Positions 1 to 10,402 of a DNA stretch of 64,000 nt are shown here, piece by piece; the first letter of the stretch is position 1; each line of letters starts with the position of its first letter. The notes under the pieces are model-generated. The model made no database searches. It was not told the origin of the DNA and saw nothing but the letters and a program-made list of their open reading frames with translations. The DNA comes from Auanema rhodensis. Lineage: Eukaryota; Animalia; Nematoda. The stretch spans positions 10,230,001-10,294,000 of the forward strand of contig OZ059895.1 of assembly GCA_964057225.1 (NCBI GenBank), in the 5' to 3' direction. The translations under genes were made by a program, and so were the position numbers.

Positions 1-3000
1 AAATGTTTATTTTTAGCCCTAGAAATACGTGCAACATCTTATTATCTAAGAGAATTTGAAAATTAAATAATTGAAAAAGTAAAACAGATTTTGTTAGCAC
101 AGAAACATATTAATCATATTTTAAGGCGGGCTCAAGTTGCTATTTTGTTCGATTTTCATAAAAAAATAAAAATTTTAAAATGTTTATTTTTAGCTCTAGA
201 AATACGTGCAACATCTTACTCAACTCAAAATCAACTGTTTGATAATATAAACTAGGTTTTGTGAGCATATATCCATAGTAATCATGTTTTGCGGCGGGTT
301 CAACTTGCTATTTCGTTTGATTTTTATGAAAAATTAAATATTCTAAAAATTTTATTTCTTGTCTTAGAAATACGTGCTACATCTCATTAAACTAAGAATC
401 AGTTGATTGAAAAGGCAAAACAAATTTTGTTAGCACAGAACCATATTAATCATATTTTCCGGCGGGCTCAAGTTGCTATTTTGTTCGATTTTCATGAAAA
501 AATAAAAATTTTAAAATGTTTATTTTTAGCCCTAGAAATACGTGCAACATCTTATTATCTAAGAAAATTTGAAAATTAAATAATTGAAAAAGTAAAACAG
601 ATTTTGTTAGCACAGAAACATATTAATCATATTTTAAGGCGGGCTCAAGTTGCTATTTTGTTCGATTTTCATGAAAAAATAAAAATTTTAAAATGTTTAT
701 TTTTAGCCCTACAAATACGTGCAACATCTTACTCAACTCAAAATCAACTGTTTGATAATATAAATTAGGTTTTGTGAGCATATATCCATAGTAATCATGT
801 TTTGCGACGGGTTCAACTTGCTATTTCGTTTGATTTTTATGAAAAATTAAATATTCTAAAACTTTTATTTCTTGTCCTAGAAATACGTGCTACATCTCAT
901 TAAACTAAGAATTAGTTGATTGAAAAGGCAAAACAAATTTTGTTAGCACAGAACCATATTAATCATATTTTCCGGCGGGCTCAAGTTGCTATTTTGTTCG
1001 ATTTTCATGAAAAAATAAAAATTTTAAAATGTTTATTTTTAGCCCTACAAATACGTGCAACATCTTACTCAACTCAAAATCAACTGTTTGATAATATAAA
1101 TTAGGTTCTGTGAGCATATATCCATAGTAATCATGTTTTGCGGCGGGTTCAACTTGCTATTTCGTTTGATTTTTATGAAAAATTAAATATTCTAAAAATT
1201 TTATTTCTTGTCCTAGAAATACGTGCTACATCTCTTTAAACTAAGAATTAGTTGATTGAGAAGGCAAAACAAATTTTGTTAGCACAGAACCATATTAATC
1301 ATATTTTCCGGCGGGCTTCAGTTGCTATTTTGTTCGATTTTCATGAAAAAATAAAAATTTTAAAATGTTTATTTTTAGCCCTAGAAATACGTGCAACATC
1401 TTACTCAACTCAAAATCAACTGTTTGATAATATAAATTAGGTTTTGTGAGCATATATCCATAGTAATCATGTTTTGCGGCGGGTTCAACTTGCTATTTCG
1501 TTTGATTTTTATGAAAAATTAAATATTCTAAAACTTTTATTTCTTGTCCTAGAAATACGTGCTACATCTTATTAAACTAAGAATTAGTTGATTGAGAAGG
1601 CAAAACAAATTTTGTTAGCACAGAAACATATTAATCATATTTTCCGGCGGGCTCAAGTTGCTATTTTGTTCGATTTTCATGAAAAAATAAAAATTTTAAA
1701 ATGTTTATTTTTAGCCTTAGAATTACGTGCAACATCTTATTATCTAAAAAAATTTGAAAATTAAATAATTGAAAAAGTAAAACAGATTTTGTTAGCACAG
1801 AAACATATTAATCATATTTTAAGGCGGGCTCAAGTTGCTATTTTGTTCGATTTTCATGAAAAAATAAAAATTTTAAAATGTTTATTTTTAGCCCTAGAAA
1901 TACGTGCAACATCTTACTCAACTCAAAATCAACTGTTTGATAATATAAATTAGGTTTTGTGAGCATATATCCATAGTAATCATGTTTTGCGGCGGGTTCA
2001 ACTTACTATTTCGTTTGATTTTTATGAAAAATTAAATATTCTAAAACTTTTATTTCTTGTCCTAGAAATACGTGCTACATCGCTTTGAACTAAGAATTAG
2101 TTGATTGAGGAGGCAAAACAAATTTTGTTAGCACAGAACCATATTAATCATATTTTCCGGCGGGTTCAAGTTGCTATTTTGTTCGATTTTCATGAAAAAA
2201 TAAAAATTTTAAAATGTTTATTTTTAGCCCTAGAAATACGTGCAACATCTTACTCAACTCAAAATCAACTGTTTGATAATATAAATTAGGTTTTGTGAGC
2301 ATATATCCATAGTAATCATGTTTTGCGGCGGGTTCAACTTGCTATTTCGTTTGATTTTTATGAAAAATTAAATATTCTAAAACTTTTATTTCTTGTCCTA
2401 GAAATACGTGCTACATCTTATTAAACTAAGAATTAGTTGATTGAGAAGGCAAAACAAATTTTGTTAGCACAGAACCATATTAATCATATTTTAAGGCGGG
2501 CTCAAGTTGCTATTTTGTTCGATTTTCATGAAAAAATAAAAATTTTAAAATGTTTATTTTTAGCCCTAGAAATACGTGCAACATCTTACTCAACTCAAAA
2601 TCAACTGTTTGATAATATAAATTAGGTTTTGTGAGCATATATCCATAGTAATCATGTTTTGCGGCGGGTTCAACTTACTATTTCGTTTGATTTTTATGAA
2701 AAATTAAATATTCTAAAACTTTTATTTCTTGTCCTAGAAATACGTGCTACATCGCTTTGAACTAAGAATTAGTTGATTGAGGAGGCAAAACAAATTTTGT
2801 TAGCACAGAACCATATTAATCATATTTTCCGACGGGTTCAAGTTGCTATTTTGTTCGATTTTCATGAAAAAATAAAAATTTTAAAATGTTTATTTTTAGC
2901 CCTAGAAATACGTGCAACATCTTACTCAACTCAAAATCAACTGTTTGATAATATAAATTAGGTTTTGTGAGCATATATCCATAGTAATCATATTTTCCGG

Positions 3001-6000
3001 CGGGCTTCAGTTGCTATTTTGTTCGATTTTCATGAAAAAATAAAAATTTTTAAATGTTTATTTTTAGCCCTAGAAATACGTGCAACAACTTATTATCTAA
3101 GAAAACTTGAAAATTAAATGATTGAAAAAGTAAAACAGATTTTGTTAGCACAGAAACATATTAATCATATTTTAAGGCGGGCTCAAGTTGCTATTTTGTT
3201 CGATTTTCATGAAAAAATAAAAATTTTAAAATGTTTATTTTTAGCCCTAGAAATACGTGCAACATCTTACTCAACTCAAAATCAACTGTTTGATAATATA
3301 AATTAGGTTTTGTGAGCATATATCCATAGTAATCATGTTTTGCGGCGGGTTCAACTTGCTATTTCGTTTGATTTTTATGAAAAATTAAATATTCTAAAAC
3401 TTTTATTTCTTGTCCTAGAAATACGTGCTACATCGCTTTGAACTAAGAATTAGTTGATTGAGGAGGCAAAACAAATTTTGTTAGCACAGAACCATATTAA
3501 TCATATTTTCCGGCGGGTTCAAGTTGCTATTTTGTTCGATTTTCATGAAAAAATAAAAATTTTAAAATGTTTATTTTTAGCCCTAGAAATACGTGCAACA
3601 TCTTACTCAACTCAAAATCAACTGTTTGATAATATAAATTAGGTTTTGTGAGCATATATCCATAGTAATCATGTTTTGCGGCGGGTTCAACTTGCTATTT
3701 CGTTTGATTTTTATGAAAAATTAAATATTCTAAAACTTTTATTTCTTGTCCTAGAAATACGTGCTACATCTTATTAAACTAAGAATTAGTTGATTGAGAA
3801 GGCAAAACAAATTTTGTTAGCACAGAAACATATTAATCATATTTTCCGGCGGGCTCAAGTTGCTATTTTGTTCGATTTTCATGAAAAAATAAAAATTTTA
3901 AAATGTTTATTTTTAGCCTTAGAATTACGTGCAACATCTTATTATCTAAGAAAATTTGAAAATTAAATAATTGAAAAAGTAAAACAGATTTTGTTAGCAC
4001 AGAAACATATTAATCATATTTTAAGGCGGGCTCAAGTTGCTATTTTGTTCGATTTTCATGAAAAAATAAAAATTTTAAAATGTTTATTTTTAGCCCTAGA
4101 AATACGTGCAACATCTTACTCAACTCAAAATCAACTGTTTGATAATATAAATTAGGTTTTGTGAGCATATATCCATAGTAATCATGTTTTGCGGCGGGTT
4201 CAACTTACTATTTCGTTTGATTTTTATGAAAAATTAAATATTCTAAAACTTTTATTTCTTGTCCTAGAAATACGTGCTACATCTCATTAAACTAAGAATT
4301 AGTTGATTGAGGAGGCAAAACAAATTTTGTTAGCACAGAACCATATTAATCATATTTTAAGGCGGGCTCAAGTTGCTATTTTGTTCGATTTTCATGAAAA
4401 AATAAAAATTTTAAAATGTTTATTTTTAGCCCTAGAAATACGTGCAACATCTTACTCAACTCAAAATCAACTGTTTAATAATATAATTTAGGTTTTGTGA
4501 GCATATATCCATAGTAATCATGTTTTGCGGCGGGTTCAACTTGCTATTTCGTTTGATTTTTATGAAAAATTAAATATTCTAAAACTTTTATTTCTTGTCC
4601 TAGAAATACGTGCTACATCTCATTAAACTAAGAATTAGTTGATTGAAAAGGCAAAACAAATTTTGTTAGCACAGAACCACATTAATCATATTTTCCGGCG
4701 GGCTCAAGTTGCTATTTTGTTCGATTTTCATGAAAAAATAAAAATTTTAAAATGTTTATTTTTAGCCCTAGAAATACGTGCAACATCTTACTCAACTCAA
4801 AATCAACTGTTTGATAATATAAATTAGGTTTTGTGAGCATATATCCATAGTAATCATGTTTTGCGGCGGGTTCAACTTGCTATTTCGTTTGATTTTTATG
4901 AAAAATTAAATATTCTAAAACTTTTATTTCTTGTCCTAGAAAAACATGCTACATCTCATTAAACTAAGAATTAGTTGATTGAAAAGGCAAAACAAATTTT
5001 GTTAGCACAGAACCATATTAATCATATTTTCCGGCGGGCTCAAGTTGCTATTTTGTTCGATTTTCATGAAAAAATAAAAATTTTAAAATGTTTATTTTTA
5101 GCCCTAGAAATACGTGCAACATCTTATTATCTAAGAAAATTTGAAAATTAAATAATTGAAAAAGTAAAACAGATTTTGTTAGCACAGAAACATATTAATC
5201 ATATTTTAAGGCGGACTCAAGTTGCTATTTTGTTCGATTTTCATGAAAAAATAAAAATTTTAAAATGTTTATTTTTAGCCCTAGAAATACGTGCAACATC
5301 TTACTCAACTCAAAATCAACTGTTTGATAATATAAATTAGGTTTTGTGAGCATATATCCATAGTAATCATGTTTTGCGGCGGGTTCAACTTACTATTTCC
5401 TTTGATTTTTATGAAAAATTAAATATTCTAAAAATTTTATTTCTTGTCCTAGAAATACGTGCTACATCTCATTAAACTAAGAATTAGTTGATTGAGGAGG
5501 CAAAACAAATTTTGTTAGCACAGAACCATATTAATCATATTTTAAGGCGGGCTCAAGTTGCTATTTTGTTCGATTTTCATGAAAAAATAAAAATTTTAAA
5601 ATGTTTATTTTTAGCCCTAGAAATACGTGCAACATCTTACTCAACTCAAAATCAACTGTTTGATAATATAAATTAGGTTTTGTGAGCATATATCCATAGT
5701 AATCATGTTTTGCGGCGGGTTCAACTTCCTATTTCGTTTGATTTTTATGAAAAATTAAATATTCTAAAACTTTTATTTCTTGTCCTAGAAATACGTGCTA
5801 CATCTCATTAAACTAAGAATTAGTTGATTGAAAAGGCAAAACAAATTTTGTTAGCACAGAACCATATTAATCATATTTTCCGGCGGGCTCAAGTTGCTAT
5901 TTTGTTCGATTTTCATGAAAAAATAAAAATTTTAAAATGTTTATTTTTAGCCCTAGAAATACGTGCAACATCTTATTATCTAAGAGAATTTGAAAATTAA

Positions 6001-7279
6001 ATAATTGAAAAAGTAAAACAGATTTTGTTAGCACAGAAACATATTAATCATATTTTAAGGCGGGCTCAAGTTGCTATTTTGTTCGATTTTCATAAAAAAA
6101 TAAAATTTTTAAAATGTTTATTTTTAGCTCTAGAAATACGTGCAACATCTTACTCAACTCAAAATCAACTGTTTGATAATATAAACTAGGTTTTGTGAGC
6201 ATATATCCATAGTAATCATGTTTTGCGGCGGGTTCAACTTGCTATTTCGTTTGATTTTTATGAAAAATTAAATATTCTAAAAATTTTATTTCTTGTCTTA
6301 GAAATACGTGCTACATCTCATTAAACTAAGAATCAGTTGATTGAAAAGGCAAAACAAATTTTGTTAGCACAGAACCATATTAATCATATTTTCCGGCGGG
6401 CTCAAGTTGCTATTTTGTTCGATTTTCATGAAAAAATAAAAATTTTAAAATGTTTATTTTTAGCCCTAGAAATACGTGCAACATCTTATTATCTAAGAAA
6501 ATTTGAAAATTAAATAATTGAAAAAGTAAAACAGATTTTGTTAGCACAGAAACATATTAATCATATTTTAAGGCGGGCTCAAGTTGCTATTTTGTTCGAT
6601 TTTCATGAAAAAATAAAAATTTTAAAATGTTTATTTTTAGCCCTACAAATACGTGCAACATCTTACTCAACTCAAAATCAACTGTTTGATAATATAAATT
6701 AGGTTTTGTGAGCATATATCCATAGTAATCATGTTTTGCGACGGGTTCAACTTGCTATTTCGTTTGATTTTTATGAAAAATTAAATATTCTAAAACTTTT
6801 ATTTCTTGTCCTAGAAATACGTGCTACATCTCATTAAACTAAGAATTAGTTGATTGAAAAGGCAAAACAAATTTTGTTAGCACAGAACCATATTAATCAT
6901 ATTTTCCGGCGGGCTCAAGTTGCTATTTTGTTCGATTTTCATGAAAAAATAAAAATTTTAAAATGTTTATTTTTAGCCCTAGAAATACGTGCAACATCTT
7001 ATTATCTAAGAAAATTTGAAAATTAAATAATTGAAAAAGTAAAACAGATTTTGTTAGCACAGAAACATATTAATCATATTTTAAGGCGGGCTCAAGTTGC
7101 TATTTTGTTCGATTTTCATGAAAAAATAAAAATTTTAAAATGTTTATTTTTAGCCCTACAAATACGTGCAACATCTTACTCAACTCAAAATCAACTGTTT
7201 GATAATATAAATTAGGTTTTGTGAGCATATATCCATAGTAATCATGTTTTGCGGCGGGTTCAACTTGCTATTTCGTTTG
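1..7279 (+). repeat. AT-rich satellite array, monomers A(168)/B(168)/C(177) in 336/513/849-bp higher-order repeats
   Basis: The conserved A(G/C)AAATACGTGC box recurs at 21, 198, 366, 534, 711 (spacings 177, 168, 168, 177). Spurious ORF starts recur at +336, +513 and +849. Confidence 0.98.
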
Positions 7280-7634
7280 TGTCACATAGTTATCATTCAT
7301 ACTGTAATACACATTGAGTTATAGTCTAGGAAATCTATAGTTATAGTTAAGACCTACTTTTTGATCTATAATAGTTAAGTGGTGCGTGAGACTTAACGAA
7401 GAATATAGTTCATTTTGGTGTTGAATAAGACTTGTTGTCCTGGCTCGGACGTTCTATATTTTTATAGTGTTGAGTTTCTATCGACATTAGCTTTGGTAGC
7501 TATATCGATATAGTTAGTATATTTATTTCTGTTCGTCTTGTTGATTATTTGTTGTTTTAGTAAAGACTCTTTTTGTATTTTGGACTTAGTGATTAAAAGA
7601 AAGTGAACCTTTTGATATTCGTTACGCTTTCGCA
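7280..7634 (+). repeat. 5' LTR (~355 bp) of Gypsy copy 1
   Basis: Starts TGTCAC exactly where the satellite stops and ends ...TCGCA immediately before the PBS (TG...CA). No 3' LTR is available to confirm the bounds. Confidence 0.78.
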
Positions 7635-7647
7635 TGGGGGCCGAACC
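7635..7647 (+). promoter_or_regulatory. Primer-binding site complementary to tRNA-Pro 3' end
   Basis: TGGGGGCCGAACC directly after the LTR-terminal CA is the reverse complement of GGTTCGGCCC-CCA, the 3' end of nematode-type tRNA-Pro as I recall it. Confidence 0.82.
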
Positions 7648-7741
7648 AACTTTCAACAAAAATCTAAGTACTATCTCGAAGTAGTTTGTCGGTATTACAT
7701 ACATTTTCTTTCTTTTCGCGCTCAAAACAAACTAATAAGAC

Positions 7742-8695
7742 ATGCATTGCTCTTTTCGAGAGGCTATTGAACACCTCTTGGCCCAAAAAGTCGACAATGC
7801 TAGGAGAGAACTTGCAGTATGGAGAGATAATTGCTGCGAGTCGGCGAAGACGCAATCAGTAAAGGAGACGCGTAAAGCGAAATTCTTTGATAAAGCTTAC
7901 TTAACAGTAGGTGATGTCTTGGCGGCGCTAGAGAATGAAATAGTAGAGCGCATATGCGAACTGCATATGGCCAGCGCTTTAGGAGAGGCGGAACAGTGGA
8001 CGATGGATGTACTGCAACTGTTCCGAGAGTGGAATATAGAAGGGAGCGAGGGACTCCAACAGTTGGTGAGTAAGCTGCGGGCTGAGAAAACGCAGTCCGT
8101 GCGCGTGTTGCAGGAGGCAACGGCTCAGATGGAGCTACTTGAGAGCCGAGTAGCCACGCTTTCAGATGAAAACGCGCAACTCCAAGAGGAGACGCGTCGG
8201 TTAGCGCTAGAGCTGAAGGAGAAAGACGTAATAAGAGGTAGACGGGGTAGCCCAGAGTCGGCTACAACGAGCAGCACAGAGAGTGAAAGGACAGATCAGT
8301 TGTTCACAAGCCTCATGGCTCAGCTGAAAGAGTCTATGGAGAGGGCGTCAGTGACGCTGGAAGTGCAAGCAGTAAGGGCTAACGCCTTACCGGATCTAAC
8401 AAAATTTAGGGGAGAGAGTCCAGCGGACTCACAGGTACTGGCTAAGCATATAGCAATTTTCAGAATGAAGTACCCACTCAGTGCGTTTAGTGAAGAGGAA
8501 CGCTGCATTCTTTTCGAAGCCTCGCTCGAAGGCAAACCGTTGTCGGTGTTCCGGTCGGCTCCTGAAAGTACCTTGGAAGGTAAGCTAGTTTACCTAAAAG
8601 AGGCAATAAAAGGGCACGAAGGCGTTCGTTCAACTTCATGTGGACTTTCATACAGTTGGTTAAAATACGGACTACTGAATATTGATATTGAATGA
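7742..8695 (+). pseudogene. gag: gag N-terminal part (coiled coil plus first capsid-like segment); last ~24 codons read into foreign filler
   Basis: 317-aa ORF just downstream of the PBS, with a heptad-rich E/L/R/K segment followed by LPDLTKFRGE...FRMKY...LEGKPLSVFRS. Confidence 0.8.
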
Positions 8696-8833
8696 AGCTA
8701 GGTCTTCTGCTTTCATTCTAGCAGTACAATAGTACTGTTTTGGTGGTAAAGATGGTAATACATTGCCATAATTTATTGGGTGATTATAGAGGTAAGGAAA
8801 CTGTCCTTTACTCATATCAGATACACCAAATGC
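8690..8833 (-). pseudogene. Captured fragment resembling Maverick/Polinton protein-primed DNA polymerase B, antisense within gag
   Basis: AFGVSDMSKGQFPYLYNHPINYGNVLPSLPPKQYYCTARMKAEDLASF fits the pPolB motif AFG...KGxFPxLxN...NY...LPxxxYY....M.......F. Recognised by eye only. Confidence 0.7.
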
Positions 8834-9249
8834 CATTAAATTATTCAAGTATAAGTTTGCGGGATTTGAGTTAGATGATGGGAGTTTAGGTATCCAGTTC
8901 TTAGCCACGTTGACAGGTTTTGCTCTCGATACGTTTCGGTCAATAAGTGACACTAAGACATTCGAGGAAAGGATTGAGACTCTGAAACAACTACTGCAGC
9001 ATTAGTTCTCTATGTTTGAGGTAAGTGAAGAAAGGAGACTGAGGGATGCTGTGGACAGATGTTATAATTTTGCGTTACCAGAACAACGGGCGAAAACCAA
9101 GGTTTTTGCTTTGTTCGCTCAGATTGAGTCATTTGAAGGAGCGTATATGTTGGAGCAGTTGCTACACACAAAAGATTTCTCAGCAGCATAAGCATCTCTA
9201 CGCAGTTGGGCATTGTCAAAAGAGCAGTGCAAGAAAATCAGGTACGTAT

Positions 9250-10402
9250 CAGGGTTGTGCGGATCGGATCGATAGATCCGCAAAATCCGCAATATTGCGG
9301 TATTTCGCTAGATCCGTATCCGTAATTGGTCCTGCGGATTTTGCGGATCGGACCGGATCGTAATTATTACTACTTAATTTTTTTTTTTGGGATTTTATTT
9401 AAATTTTATTTATTTTTTTTTATTTAATTTTACTTTTAAAAGTATTCAGTGCAGCTACCCATCAATAAATAAGAAAGAATGGGATATCATTTTTGATTTA
9501 AAAACTCTACTTGAACCAATATCTGAAATTACAACTAAGTTACAGTCACGCTCGACGAGCATCGGAATGGTTCTCTTTAGTTAGTTCATATTTGATTGGT
9601 CTTTTAGGTTTACCCTATGTCTGCATTCATGAAAACGAAAATAGAAAATGCTACTTTCGTAACAACGACTATTCGATCTACTAAAAAAAAACTGTTGGAA
9701 TCAATCAAAAAAAGACTCGACACATACCTCATGGCCAGTCCACATGCTTTGATTTCAACCTTTCTAGATCCTCGATTCAAAGCTGTTTTATTTCAAGAAT
9801 CTCAAAAAGTAAATGTTGCAACACTATTACAATCGAGGTATTTTTTGCTCTAGGAATACATCAAAACCTATATAGCTGGAGTTTTGGAAAACGAAGATAT
9901 AGCTCTACAGGAAAGCTTCCCGAATATCTCATCTTTTGAAAATTGGCAGAAAAATATAGACGAAAATGGTACTAATTCGGTTAGCTTGTATTCTCATATC
10001 TCGGTAATATTGAATATTAGGAAGTTGAGAATTACATGAATAGAGGTATTATCAGTTCTGACCCATATACGTATTGGAAAGATGTTGAAGAATTTCCCAA
10101 TTTGAAGAAACTTGCTCAAAAATTTTTGGGTACCCCAGCTACTACAGCTGAAGTGGAAAGAGTTTTCAGCTCTTCTGGGTTGATTGTTAGTGATTTACGA
10201 AGTAGATTAACAGATGATTTACTTTCAAAATTAACATTTTTAAGATGTAATGTACCCACATTTGGTTTTAAATGAATGTCTTATCTGTTTTAATAAACAA
10301 AATCAAATAAATGCACTAAAAAGATCCGAAAAACGGTCCGATCCGCGAGGTTAAAATGCGGATCTGATCCGATCCGCAAAATAAGTAAAATGCACAACCC
10401 TG
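9250..10402 (+). mobile_element. Non-autonomous (internally deleted) hAT DNA transposon, 1153 bp
   Basis: 11-bp TIRs CAGGGTTGTGC/GCACAACCCTG, 8-bp TSD GTACGTAT (9242-9249, 10403-10410) and subterminal GGATC/GATCC repeats. Absent from copy 2: the offset between copies shifts by 1161 = 1153+8. Confidence 0.97.
9450..10275 (+). pseudogene. hAT transposase C-terminal ~230 aa including dimerisation domain; predicted introns 9570-9607, 9809-9853, 9980-10020
   Basis: EWDIIFDLKTLLEP, TFLDPRFK and YWK...FPNLKKLAQKFLGTPATTAEVERVFS...RSRL are hAT motifs. Removing three GT..AG introns joins the pieces in frame. AATAAA lies at 10292-10297. Confidence 0.88.

Noticed and set aside
120-155. CENP-B box in the GC-rich part of the monomer
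   Set aside because: CGGG and TTCG occur in the wrong order and spacing for TTCGnnnnAnnCGGG on either strand.
7380-7392. TGGTGCGTGAG as an alternative (tRNA-Gly-like) PBS
   Set aside because: It is not preceded by CA, the match is short, and it would imply a 100-bp LTR. The 13-nt tRNA-Pro match at 7635 is much better.
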